NCBI GenBank assembly: GCA_046295455.1
Contig: JBKBNI010000007.1
Span: 89,899-153,898 of the forward strand
Length of the DNA: 64,000 nt
Source of the DNA: Thermaurantimonas sp.
GTDB lineage: Bacteria > Bacteroidota > Bacteroidia > Flavobacteriales > Schleiferiaceae
Direction of reading: 5' to 3'
Shown: positions 30,572 through 43,600 of the stretch, piece after piece
How positions within the stretch are numbered: the first letter of the stretch is position 1
How the letters are laid out: every line of letters begins with the position of its first letter
Program-made: the position numbers and the translations under genes
The notes under the pieces: model-generated
What the model was told of the DNA's origin: nothing
Database searches by the model: none
Seen by the model: only the letters and a program-made list of their open reading frames with translations

Positions 30572-30733
30572 ATGAACCCCAGAGACAAACGCCGAAGAAA
30601 ATATTTTGGAAGACTGCGTCCACGGAAGGTCTCTGAAGCTTCTGACGATCAAGAGAATGAAACAGCGGAAAAAATATTTGTTATAGGCGTAATCATTTTG
30701 GTACTCGTTATCGCTTATTATTTAAGCAGGTAG
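30572..30733 (+). CDS. small (53 aa) hypothetical protein with basic N-terminus and C-terminal TM helix
   Basis: MNPRDKRRRKYFGRLRPRK...IFVIGVIILVLVIAYYLSR; TATATTTG promoter box at 30543-30550. Confidence 0.6.
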   Translation: MNPRDKRRRKYFGRLRPRKVSEASDDQENETAEKIFVIGVIILVLVIAYYLSR

Positions 30734-31548
30734 CTTTCTGTTCTTTTTTTGGCGAAACCCCATTCCAGAAATACCGGGATACCCAGAGCCCATGTCTGCT
30801 GATCGTGGGTGCCGTTTTCGATCTCCAGGTAATGAATGTCATAATATGGCTTGTAACCTACACATGCAAGTTGTGAAATGAGGTCCAATTGATCATCGAT
30901 TACGTCTATGATCCCATTGTTGTTGCGGTCTTCTTCTTCTTCCAATGTTCCGGCCATAAACCAGAAGCGCAAGCCAGGTTTAAATCCTTGCTTGCGAACC
31001 ATTCGATGAACGATGCGGTCTCGCTTTTCATCGAAACCTCTGAAATAAGACTTTTTTCGCCACCAAAAGGAGCCGCTAAAGCATCCTGCAAGGCCAAAAA
31101 CCTGTGGATTTTGATACACGATGTCAAATGCAGATAGCGCACCCATCGAAAATCCCATCACCGCCCGACGCGATTTATCACTGCTGATTTCGAAGCTATT
31201 GTAAATTCTGGGCAGGAGTTCATTCAGAATAAATTTCTGGTAATCGCTTGCGCCTTTGCCCCGCTTCTGATAATCGGCGCTGAAGGTGGTACCGTATTCA
31301 TGGATGCGGTCATCTGCATGAATGCCTACCGAGAGGGGTGTAAGCGATGGATATGCCGCCGAAAAGGATTCCAAAGCACTCTTCAGATGAAGATCCTTGC
31401 TGTCCTGACCGTCATTCATGAGCAGAAGTCCGAGAGATCCTTTGCTGTCCGGGATAAAAAAATCCAGCTTCACATCCCTGCGAAGGTGTTTTGATTTGAT
31501 TATTTGTTGGTCAACGGTTATATTTTGTCTGGTTTGACTTTTTTTCAT
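30718..31548 (-). CDS. alpha/beta-hydrolase, Fes/IroE-like esterase family
   Basis: LLMNDGQD, GFSMG nucleophile elbow, FSGSFWW, GTHD catalytic His. Confidence 0.88.
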   Translation of the reverse strand: MKKSQTRQNITVDQQIIKSKHLRRDVKLDFFIPDSKGSLGLLLMNDGQDSKDLHLKSALESFSAAYPSLTPLSVGIHADDRIHEYGTTFSADYQKRGKGASDYQKFILNELLPRIYNSFEISSDKSRRAVMGFSMGALSAFDIVYQNPQVFGLAGCFSGSFWWRKKSYFRGFDEKRDRIVHRMVRKQGFKPGLRFWFMAGTLEEEEDRNNNGIIDVIDDQLDLISQLACVGYKPYYDIHYLEIENGTHDQQTWALGIPVFLEWGFAKKRTESYLLK

Positions 31549-31612
31549 TTTACGGGTCTATTAACTCTTAAAACACTTTACTTAAAGAACTTTGCCGTAA
31601 AAGTAGAAACGC

Positions 31613-32908
31613 ATGCTTTTTTCCGAAAAGTTTCTCTCCCTTGAGGATATTGATTTTTTTACTGACAGAATCTCAAAGTTTCTGCATCTGTCACCATCTG
31701 CAGAAGATTTCATTATATTGGTGGTTGACTTGCTTCTTCTGTTACTTATTACTTCTGTATCCTTCTTCATTAGCAAGAAAATTCTATTGAGTTACCTGCA
31801 CAAAGTCGTTTCAAAAACTGAAACTCAGATAGATGATATTCTTTTAGAGAAAAAGGTCTTCAACGGACTTGCCAATCTCATACCGGCGATTATCGCCTAC
31901 TACTCCTTGCCGATTCTCTTTCGCAATTATGTATTTATGACTCAAATTGTAGAGTCAGCAATCAAAATTTACGTTGTGCTGCTGATAGTGAGTACGGTCC
32001 ATAGATTTCTTAAGTCTTTGGAGATCATTGCATTAGGATTCGATAAATACAAGGACAAGCCAATCAAAAGCTATCTGCAGGTTGCCAACATTATTAATTA
32101 CATCATGGGCGCTGTGCTCCTGATTTCTATCATATCGGGCAGTGACCTGAACAGCATCTTCCTGAAACTTGGTGCGCTTACTGCGGTTTTGTTGTTGATT
32201 TTTAAGGACACAATCCTTGGCTTGGTTGCATCTATTCAAATTTCGGCCAATGAACTTCTGAGGGTGGGCGACTGGGTTTCATTGGATAAGTATGGTGCCG
32301 ATGGAGATGTCATCGAAATTAACCTCACCACCGTAAAAATCAGGAATTGGGATAAAACCATCACTACCATACCTACTTATGCATTTATATCAGACAGTTT
32401 TAAGAATTGGAGAGGAATGCAGAGCGCCGGCGTGCGACGCATCAAGCGCTCTCTCTTCATCAACATGCACTCCGTAAAGATTTGCACCCCTGAGATGATT
32501 GAGCGGTATAAAAAGTTTCAGCTTATCAGTTCCTACATCGATGAGCGATTAAAACAAATTGAAGAGTACAATCAAAAGCATCATATCGATACTTCTAATC
32601 CCATCAATGGGCGACAGATGACGAATCTGGGCGTTTTTCGGCAATATGCACTTGAGTACATCAAAAGCAAATCGAGTATATCCACTACAGAGCCGGTACT
32701 TGTGCGGCATCTTCAACCCACCGAAAACGGACTGCCGTTTGAGATCTACTGTTTTACTACGCATACGGCATTGCTGGAGTATGAGGCTCTTCAGGCAGAT
32801 CTCTTTGATCACTTCATTGCAGTGGTTCCGTTTTTTGATCTCGAATTGTTTCAAAATCCTGCAGGCTCCGATTTTCGCGCTTTAGCCGCCGGTAGGGAGA
32901 TAGGATAG
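31613..32908 (+). CDS. mechanosensitive ion channel, MscS family (YbdG/MscM-like)
   Basis: FKDTILGLVASIQ, GDWV, GADGDV, NWDKTITTIP, NWRGM, RRIKRS, TNLGVFR. Confidence 0.93.
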   Translation: MLFSEKFLSLEDIDFFTDRISKFLHLSPSAEDFIILVVDLLLLLLITSVSFFISKKILLSYLHKVVSKTETQIDDILLEKKVFNGLANLIPAIIAYYSLPILFRNYVFMTQIVESAIKIYVVLLIVSTVHRFLKSLEIIALGFDKYKDKPIKSYLQVANIINYIMGAVLLISIISGSDLNSIFLKLGALTAVLLLIFKDTILGLVASIQISANELLRVGDWVSLDKYGADGDVIEINLTTVKIRNWDKTITTIPTYAFISDSFKNWRGMQSAGVRRIKRSLFINMHSVKICTPEMIERYKKFQLISSYIDERLKQIEEYNQKHHIDTSNPINGRQMTNLGVFRQYALEYIKSKSSISTTEPVLVRHLQPTENGLPFEIYCFTTHTALLEYEALQADLFDHFIAVVPFFDLELFQNPAGSDFRALAAGREIG

Positions 32909-33120
32909 ACCCGCTGAGCTACGTCGGTCGTCTGTCGCTTAAGCGGGGATATTGAAGTTGTGGTTAAAGCTTTAAAAATACACGTCAAATCTGCATGATC
33001 TGGTTGTTTTGCTGTAAGAATATGAAGGATTCAGGGTTGTTAAATATGAATTAAGATCAGCGGAAAGCATCAAAAAACAGATTTAGAAAACCTATTTTTG
33101 GTTATAAAAGTCAAAATTCC

Positions 33121-35676
33121 ATGAATTTTACGGACAGTTATGATAAGTACGTAACCCTCACCTATCAATTATACAACAGTCTTTTCCTCACACTGCCATA
33201 TCCAGGTATACAGACAGCAGGACCATATATCCCCATTCTCTACAAAAAAGCGCTCGAAGGGCTTGAGGCCAAAAAAGCACCGGATGAAATCTTAAAAGAA
33301 TTTTTCGAAAATCATTATCCAGCACAAAGCGATCAAGAAAAAATGGATTTTCTTTTCAAGGTCGTTCAGTATATCGAGCGTCAGGTGGTGCTCTTCGATG
33401 CGGTCGAAGATGCACATTTTGAAAATCTTCACGACTTACAGGGCAAGGGGACTTTGACTTTTCTGGTAGAAGAGTCAAAGGCAGAAAACAAACTCGACTT
33501 TCTCGGGCGTGTATTATCCGGATTTGGAGTTCGGATAGTGCTTACTGCACATCCTACCCAGTTTTATCCCGGGCATATACTGAGCATTATCACAGATATG
33601 GAAATGGCCATTCGACGTGGAAGTGCAGCCGATGTGACTGTACTGCTCCGACAGCTCGGACTGAGTGCTATGTACAGGCGAAACAAACCCACGCCACTGG
33701 ATGAGGCAATAGCGCTGATTTGGTATCTCGAAAATATTTTTTATGATGTCAATGCGCAGATTCATTCCTTCCTGCTGGCTAAAGTCCCTCGATACACCTT
33801 CAATCCGCGGCTGCTGACGATGGGATTTTGGCCGGGGGGTGACCGCGACGGGAATCCTACGGTCAAATCGGATACGACAATCGATACGTGCAAGCGACTA
33901 AAAGAAAGCATTTTGAGGTGCTACCTGCGCGACATACGCGCTCTGAAGAGGAAACTTACCTTCCCAGGTGTAGATCTGCAGCTTCGAGAGATCGAACTAA
34001 AAATTCAGTCCACAATATACAGGCATGATGACAACTACTATTCAAACCCGGAGGAACTCATATCTGACCTCAACAGGATTTTATCCGAATTAGACCAAAA
34101 GTACATATCATTACACGCTGACGAAGTTTCGGGACTCATCCGTCAGATCCACACTTTCGGATTTCATTTTGCGCCCCTGGACATTCGACAAGACTCGCGC
34201 GTGCACCGGTCCTGGGCTTTTGAATATTTAAACTTCAAAGGTTGGGCGGAGCAGTATTCAGCTTTAACAACTGAGAAGGATAAAATCGACTTTTGGTGGA
34301 ATCTTGAGTGCAACTTTACCTCAGATGAGCTTCTGTGTATGTCGCCTGATTTTTCGGATGCCGTACGTCTGATCAAATCCCTTCCGATGATTCATGTGAA
34401 AAATGGACCACTATCTATCGAACGCTACATCATTTCGAATACCCAATCGGCGGAGGATCTGGTCATCTTAAAGTTTTTGCTCACGGCTGCAGGCACAGAT
34501 TTTTATCTAAAAATCAAACCAATACCGTTGTTTGAAACGGTGAATGATCTAAAAAATTCAGAAGAAATTCTCACTCAGCTTCTTTCTCACCGAGGCTACC
34601 GACACTGGATTGAGGCGCATGACAACCGCCAAATCGTGATGCTGGGTTACAGCGACGGAACCAAGGATGGTGGATATCTGAAGGCAAATCTGGCCATTCT
34701 GGAGGCCAAAGTGACCCTTACGCGCTTGTGTAAGACCTACGACGTGGAGCCCATCTTCTTCGACGGGCGTGGAGGTCCTCCGGCGCGTGGTGGTGGAGAT
34801 ACACACCTGTACTATGCAGCCCAAGGTGCCGATATCGCTTGCAGTGAAATCCAAATTACCATTCAGGGACAGACCATTTCGAGCAAATTTGGAAACCATC
34901 AGGCTGCCCGATACAATTTGGAGCAATTTCTTACCGCCGGAGTAGGCAGATATTTGTTTCGAAACGATAAGCCTACTATATCTGCAGATGACACCGATAT
35001 TATCTTTGGTTTAGCTCAAGCAGCCCACTCCAAATACGAACGTCTGAAAAATCATCCGGATTTTTCGGAATATCTTCTGCGTGCTACTCCGCTGCCCTTC
35101 TATGCAGAGACCAACATCAGCAGTCGCCCGGCCAAAAGAGGTCGGACTGATAAATTGTCGCTGGATGATCTTAGAGCCATTCCCTTTGTAGGTACATGGG
35201 CACAGATGAAACAAAATGTACCCGGATACTACGGATTTGGTACGGCCCTCAAAATAGCTTTTGATGAGGGCAAAGGTCAAAAGCTCAAAGAAATTTTTCA
35301 GCGTTCTAAATTTTTCAGAGCCTTGGTGCTCAACAGTATGCAATCTCTGGCAAAAACCTATTTTGAACTTACCTCGTATTTGGATACGGATGAAGAATTT
35401 TCTGATATATGGAATGACCTCAAACAAGAAGCCGACCTTACAAAAAAAATGTTGCTGGAAGTAACCGGATATTCACAATTGCTGGAAGAGTCGCCCATAA
35501 ATCGAAAATCCATTGCGATGCGGGAAGAGATGATCTTACCCCTGCTCATTATTCAGCAATATGCACTTATCATGCTGCGCAGACTACCGGAGACAGATTC
35601 CCGGAGGGAAGTGTTCAGAAAGTTGGTTGTAAGATGTTTTTTTGGAAATATCAATGCCAGCCGCAACAGTGCCTGA
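33121..35676 (+). CDS. ppc: phosphoenolpyruvate carboxylase
   Basis: VLTAHPTQ, GGDRDGNP, MLGYSDGTKDGG, GRGGPPARGGG, LRAIPFV; TATTTTTG box at 33093-33100. Confidence 0.96.
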   Translation: MNFTDSYDKYVTLTYQLYNSLFLTLPYPGIQTAGPYIPILYKKALEGLEAKKAPDEILKEFFENHYPAQSDQEKMDFLFKVVQYIERQVVLFDAVEDAHFENLHDLQGKGTLTFLVEESKAENKLDFLGRVLSGFGVRIVLTAHPTQFYPGHILSIITDMEMAIRRGSAADVTVLLRQLGLSAMYRRNKPTPLDEAIALIWYLENIFYDVNAQIHSFLLAKVPRYTFNPRLLTMGFWPGGDRDGNPTVKSDTTIDTCKRLKESILRCYLRDIRALKRKLTFPGVDLQLREIELKIQSTIYRHDDNYYSNPEELISDLNRILSELDQKYISLHADEVSGLIRQIHTFGFHFAPLDIRQDSRVHRSWAFEYLNFKGWAEQYSALTTEKDKIDFWWNLECNFTSDELLCMSPDFSDAVRLIKSLPMIHVKNGPLSIERYIISNTQSAEDLVILKFLLTAAGTDFYLKIKPIPLFETVNDLKNSEEILTQLLSHRGYRHWIEAHDNRQIVMLGYSDGTKDGGYLKANLAILEAKVTLTRLCKTYDVEPIFFDGRGGPPARGGGDTHLYYAAQGADIACSEIQITIQGQTISSKFGNHQAARYNLEQFLTAGVGRYLFRNDKPTISADDTDIIFGLAQAAHSKYERLKNHPDFSEYLLRATPLPFYAETNISSRPAKRGRTDKLSLDDLRAIPFVGTWAQMKQNVPGYYGFGTALKIAFDEGKGQKLKEIFQRSKFFRALVLNSMQSLAKTYFELTSYLDTDEEFSDIWNDLKQEADLTKKMLLEVTGYSQLLEESPINRKSIAMREEMILPLLIIQQYALIMLRRLPETDSRREVFRKLVVRCFFGNINASRNSA

Positions 35677-35821
35677 TCAGCCCGGATGAGATGATACCAA
35701 TGCCTTAAATCAGGCTGATCCGTACAAGTCAAAAAAATACTTCAGCCCGGTTTATTTTTTCCCCTTGGCGGTTCATAGATTCACATGCACAATGGATCAT
35801 TAAGTTTGCGCTCATCAATAA

Positions 35822-37858
<2,037 letters not shown>

Positions 37859-37965
37859 CCCCCATTCAATCAAGGGTCTTAATATGATACAATTTGCAAA
37901 CAATATGAGCATTAGATAGGTTTTTTGAGTGTTATCTTTACACCATTAAATATATCCTTTCAAAA

Positions 37966-38910
37966 ATGACAAACGAACAGGAAATGCTGAATCGGTTTCA
38001 GCAGTATGTGGACGGGGAAAATAAGGTCGAGCCAAAAGATTGGATGCCGGAGGCTTACCGAAAAAATCTTGTTCGCCAGATCAGCCAACACGCACACAGC
38101 GAAGTGGTCGGCATGCTACCGGAGGCAAATTGGATAACAAGAGCACCCTCTTTGCGCAGGAAGATTACCCTTCTGGCTAAAGTTCAGGACGAAGCAGGTC
38201 ACGGCCTGTATCTCTACTCAGCAGTAGAAACACTCGGAGTAAAACGCGAAAAAACTATTGGTGATCTACTGTCAGGCAAGGCGAAATATTCAAGTATATT
38301 TAACTACCCTACGCTCACATGGGCAGATATAGGTGCCATCGGCTGGTTGGTAGACGGTGCAGCCATAGCCAATCAGGTAATGCTCTGCCGCACCAGTTAC
38401 GGGCCTTATGCTAGAGCTATGGTCAGAATTTGTAAGGAAGAAAGTTTTCATCAGCGTCAGGGATACGAGATCATGATGACATTGGCCTTTGGCACAGCCG
38501 AGCAGAAGGCCATGGCCCAGGACGCACTCGACCGCTGGTGGTGGCCTTCGCTGATGATGTTTGGTCCCTCAGATGATCAGTCACCAAACAGTGCGCTATC
38601 TATGAAATGGAAAATTAAGAGAAAATCCAATGATGAATTGCGCCAGGAATTTATTGACAAAACAGTGCCGCAGGCCGAATACCTTGGGCTGACCATACCC
38701 GATCCACACCTGAAGTGGAACGAAGAGCGCGGCCATTATGACTTCGGGCCGATCAATTGGGACGAATTTTACAACGTAATCTCAGGCAACGGACCCTGCA
38801 ACAAGCAGCGAATTGAAGCACGTCGTAAAGCCCACGAGGAAGGAAAGTGGGTTCGGGAGGCCGCAGCCGCCTTCTCTAAAAAGCGCTCAGCCACCCTCCA
38901 GGAAGCGTAA
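37966..38910 (+). CDS. paaA: 1,2-phenylacetyl-CoA epoxidase subunit A
   Basis: [33 protein letters not shown] diiron ligands. Confidence 0.96.
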   Translation: MTNEQEMLNRFQQYVDGENKVEPKDWMPEAYRKNLVRQISQHAHSEVVGMLPEANWITRAPSLRRKITLLAKVQDEAGHGLYLYSAVETLGVKREKTIGDLLSGKAKYSSIFNYPTLTWADIGAIGWLVDGAAIANQVMLCRTSYGPYARAMVRICKEESFHQRQGYEIMMTLAFGTAEQKAMAQDALDRWWWPSLMMFGPSDDQSPNSALSMKWKIKRKSNDELRQEFIDKTVPQAEYLGLTIPDPHLKWNEERGHYDFGPINWDEFYNVISGNGPCNKQRIEARRKAHEEGKWVREAAAAFSKKRSATLQEA

Positions 38911-38938
38911 CTCTCGAATATTCATAATATCTGAATCC

Positions 38939-38956
38939 GGCTACAGCGTTGTAGCC
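38939..38956 (+). terminator. hairpin after paaA (possible terminator or RNA stability element)
   Basis: GGCTACA-GCGT-TGTAGCC inverted repeat followed by an AT/T-rich stretch, but no clean U-tract. Confidence 0.4.
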
Positions 38957-39259
38957 GTATAATTTTATCTATCTTGACAAACGAGATACACTGCCCGATC
39001 AAAGTGAATGATCAATATTTACGAATAATTGAGCGCATTGTGACCTTTGAATGCCTTAGGGCGTTTATATGCAGGCATACTGAACTCCTTACATTCAAAG
39101 CTTTCATCTGATGTGTGTCTTGCAAGCCATCATTTTGTCTGCTCTCGCTGGTGGCCGCTGTGGCATGTCGAAGTCATAGATTGTAATTCAATTCCTGATC
39201 CGTCTTATTTTCCGGTACACATCAGCCCCGCTATCTTTGTCATAAAGTAATACAACGCT

Positions 39260-39547
39260 ATGTCCAATGACCAATGGCCCCTGTGGGAAGTCTTTGTAAG
39301 AAGTAAAAACGGTCTGAGCCACAAGCATGTTGGGAGCCTTCATGCTCCCGATGCGCAGACAGCCCTGCTGAATGCCCGGGATGTATACACCAGGCGCAGT
39401 GAGGGCACCAGCATTTGGGTGGTCGAGGCGCGCCACATTCATGCCTCCGCACCGGACGCCAAGGATCCCCTCTTTGCCCCGGCTGACGACAAGGTATATC
39501 GTCATCCCACTTTTTATGATATTCCTGATGAAGTAGGTCACATGTAA
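39260..39547 (+). CDS. paaB: 1,2-phenylacetyl-CoA epoxidase subunit B
   Basis: WPLWEVFVRS, HVGSLHA, ARDVYTRR.EG, DKVYRHPTFY; own TATCTTTG box at 39232-39239. Confidence 0.96.
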   Translation: MSNDQWPLWEVFVRSKNGLSHKHVGSLHAPDAQTALLNARDVYTRRSEGTSIWVVEARHIHASAPDAKDPLFAPADDKVYRHPTFYDIPDEVGHM

Positions 39548-39562
39548 AGCATCCTTCAAGAA

Positions 39563-40339
39563 ATGAAAAAAAATATTCATACCAGAGGCGCAGACCATCG
39601 GCTTATATACACCTTGCGTTTGGCTGATAATGCCCTGATCCTAGGCCAGAGACTTAGCGAATGGTGTGGTCACGGACCAGAACTGGAACTAGATATTGCC
39701 CTCAGCAATATTGCCCTTGATCAGTTGGGTCATGCTCGGATGCTTTATCAATATGCGGCAAGCCAGATAGGACAGGATTATACAGAAGACGATGTTGCTT
39801 TTTTCAGAGATGCTTCTTCTTTCCATAATCTGCTAATTCTCGAGCTGCCTAATGGCCATTGGGGCGATACGCTTGCCCGTCAGTTTTTGTTTGACACCTA
39901 TAACTACTATCTCTACTCAGCCTTGTGCAAGTCATCAGACGAACACATTCGGTTCATCGCTCAGAAAGCCATCAAAGAGATTACCTACCATGCCCAGTGG
40001 AGCGCAGAGTGGATTATTCGATTGGGCGACGGTACCGACGAAAGCCACCAGAAAATTCAAAAATCCTTAGACGATTTGTGGATGTGGACGGGCGAATTTT
40101 TTATCGCAGATGAAGTAGACCTCAATATGGCAGATATCGGCGTGGGAGTCAATCCTGAAACACTGAAACCCTCCTGGGAAAGCAAGGTAGATGAAGTACT
40201 CAAAATAGCTACCCTATCGACCCCTGTGGCCACCTGGTATCAGAAGGGTGGAAAACAAGGCCGTCATACTGAATACCTCGGATATATTTTGGCTGAAATG
40301 CAGCACTTGCCGCGAATGTATCCAGACGCCAAATGGTAG
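39563..40339 (+). CDS. paaC: 1,2-phenylacetyl-CoA epoxidase subunit C
   Basis: LADNALILGQRLSEWCGHGP, KEITYH, RLGDGTDES, GRHTEYLG, YPDAKW. Confidence 0.96.
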   Translation: MKKNIHTRGADHRLIYTLRLADNALILGQRLSEWCGHGPELELDIALSNIALDQLGHARMLYQYAASQIGQDYTEDDVAFFRDASSFHNLLILELPNGHWGDTLARQFLFDTYNYYLYSALCKSSDEHIRFIAQKAIKEITYHAQWSAEWIIRLGDGTDESHQKIQKSLDDLWMWTGEFFIADEVDLNMADIGVGVNPETLKPSWESKVDEVLKIATLSTPVATWYQKGGKQGRHTEYLGYILAEMQHLPRMYPDAKW

Positions 40340-40673
40340 AGTAGATTGGTAAAAGAGGAATGCAGTTTCAAACCTTAACTTTATATTCTTCACTCCTTTC
40401 TATCTTTCTCATCGACTCTTCTCAATCTGTTCAACTAAATCTGTCTTTGTCAATTCCTTTTCAGAAGGGTAAAGGTTTTGCCACGCCGGCATGTGTCATA
40501 GCAGTAGCGCGTAGCACAAACAGGTCTGCTGTGACATCGAATATCTCCCGGCAAATGGGGCGTCAAGGCTCTTTTATATTTTAAAAATTATTCCGATCTA
40601 TTAGCCGGGTGTTTCCTATTTTTACATAAAATATTGATTATCAATTTTATATCACAAAGATTCTGACACTCAA

Positions 40674-43600
40674 ATGTTTCTGATTTTTGATACTGAAACC
40701 ACCGGACTACCCAAGAGATATGATGCCCCTATCACTCAGCTGGATAACTGGCCGCGTGTGGTGCAGATTGCCTGGCAGCTTCACGACTCTTGGGGCAATT
40801 TGATAGAGCATGAGGGCTTAATAATATATCCAGACGATTGGGAAGTGCCTTATGATGCTGAAAAGGTTCATGGCATATCTACAGCTTTGGCCCGGAAAGT
40901 GGGTAGTAAGGCTCCTGAGGTGTTTGAAAAATTTCTCAAAACCCTGGCCAAATCAGAGCTCATAGCCGGCCATAACCTTCAGTTTGACATTAATGTAATA
41001 GCCAGTGAATTGTATCGGCATGGTTTTGACTATCAAAAACTCCTTCAAAAAAGCAAGCTTGATACTTGCGACGAAGCCACGGCCATGCTTACCAGACTTC
41101 CAGGTGGCAAAGGTGGAAAATTCAAATTTCCAACGCTCACGGAGCTTTACCAATACCTCTTTGGTGAATCATTTGAGGAAGCACATAACGCTACGGCCGA
41201 TGTAGAGGCTACTGCGCGATGCTTCTTTGAGCTCATCCGGAGCGGACATTATTCAGAAGTACAACTTAAGAAGCGAGAAGGATTTTTATCTGAATTTAAA
41301 CGGCGCAACCCTCAACCCATGAAGCTTTGGGGGTTGGTACACAAAAACCTGAAAAACGCCAGTACACAAGCCTCAGCAGCGCAAAAATCCGATCCTCCTC
41401 GCGTTGAAACTACCACCACCCTTGATACAGACAAACTGTCCGGATTTTTTCACATTTTCAATAAAACCCGCTTCTCAGTTCTCTCCTCGACCATAGAGGT
41501 GTCTGAATTGGTACAAAAAGCTGCGGAATACAATTTTTCGGCTGTAGGTATTGCAGATACCGGCAATATGATGGCTGCATTCCAGTTTATGATAAAAATA
41601 AAAGAAATCAACGCCAACAGACCCGACGACAAAAAACTAAAAGGAATCATTGGCTGCGAATTGGAACTGGTGCAGGATATACAGGCAAAAAGTTACCAGG
41701 AGCGAAATCCGCGGATTGTGCTCTATGCAAAAAATAAAGCTGGATACGCCAATCTATCAAAGCTGGTCTCCATCGCCAATACAGATGGTTTTTATTACAA
41801 CCCCAGAATTGACAAAAAACACATCTGCCAGTATAAGGACAACCTCATTGCACTCTCGGGAACATTATGGGGCGAACTTCCCCAACTCATCCTGACTCAG
41901 GGCAAAAAAGCTGCTGAGGAAGCTCTGCTATGGTGGAAGGAACAGTTTGACGGTGATTTTTACATCCAACTCAATCGCCATGGACCCGACGAAGAGAAGC
42001 ATGTAAACGAAATTTTGATCGAATTAGCCAGAGAGCACCATGTAAAGACCATAGCCACCAACAATAATTACTATCTACATCCCGACGAATTTGAACTGTT
42101 GGACACCCTCATCTGCATTCGCGACGGCAATCTCGTCTCAGATCCAATAGGAAAGGGGAGAGGACACAGATTCGGATACACCGATAATGCCTACTACTTC
42201 CGTCCTGTGAATGAAATGGCGACGCTATATGCGGATATACCAGAGGCCTTGTACAATCTGGCTGAAATCGCTGACAAGGTCGAAAACTATGATCTTAAGC
42301 GAGAGGTACTCCTGCCCGAATTTAAAATACCGGATGAATTTAAGAATCCGGAAGATGAAAGAGACGGAGGAAAGCGTGGAGAGAACAGCTATTTGCGACA
42401 CATCGCTTATGAAGGAGCACGCCAGCGGTATCCCGAAATGACCGACGAGATCCGTGAGCGCATCGAATTTGAGCTGGAAACCATTGAAAAAACCGGCTAT
42501 CCCGGCTACTTTTTGATTGTGAGTGACTTTTGCAGGGCAGCTCGTGAAATGGGTGTCGTAGTAGGCCCCGGACGAGGATCTGCTGCAGGCTCAGTAGTCG
42601 CATATTGCATTGGTATTACCAACGTTGATCCCATCAAGTACAATCTGCTTTTTGAGCGGTTTCTAAATCCGGAAAGAGTCAGCCTGCCCGATATAGATAC
42701 CGACTTCGACGACGAAGGCCGCGATAAGGTCATCAAATACGTCATAGACAAATACGGAGCCAACCAAGTGGCTCAGATCATCACCTATGGCACAATGGCT
42801 GCAAAAAGCTCAGTGCGCGATTGTGGCAGAGTCCTTGGACTCTCGCCCACGGAGGTTAACATTTTATCCAAAAAGGTGCCCACCTCTTTATCTCTGGGAG
42901 AGCTTTTCAGGCTCGAGGACAGAGAAGTTCGTGAACGGGTAAGAGGCAATGAGCTGCCAGGAGCATTGGAAATAAGGCAGTTGTATAACTCAGAAAAGCC
43001 TGAGGCCAAAGTTTTGCGCATGGCCGAAAAACTCGAAGGAGCTCTCCGAAATACCGGCATTCATGCCTGTGGTATCATCATTACGCCTACAGACGTGCGC
43101 AATCTCGTGCCGGTGGCGCGCGCCAAAGATTCTGAAATGTGGTGCACTCAGTTTGACAACAACATTGTCGAATCTGCGGGACTTCTGAAAATGGATTTTC
43201 TTGGACTCAAAACCTTGACAATCATCAAGGATGCGTGCCAAATGATCAAAAAGCACAAGAAAATCACCATAGATCCGGATCAAATACCCCTGGACGATCC
43301 GCTGACCTATGAAAAAATCTTTCAGACTGGTGATACCATCGGAGTATTTCAGCTCGAATCTCCCGGTATGCAGAAATACCTAAGACAGCTACGACCGACC
43401 TCTTTCGAAGATATTATCGCCATGGTAGCCCTGTACCGTCCGGGTCCGATGGAGTACATCCCGGACTTCATCGACCGGAAACATGGCCGTAAACCCATAG
43501 AATATGACTTGCCCGAAATGGAGGAATATCTCCGCGAAACCTATGGCGTGACGGTCTATCAGGAGCAGGTGATGCTTCTCTCCCAAAAGCTGGCCGGTTT

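Noticed and set aside
35681-35691. CCCGGATGAGA shared with the gcvT terminator at 59227
   Set aside because: Only 11 nt, two copies, and the hairpin is not conserved at this copy; not enough for a REP-like repeat
40360-40584. 74-aa ORF after paaC as a possible paaD
   Set aside because: No PaaD motifs (PTYSGCPA, CPxC); the composition is not protein-like
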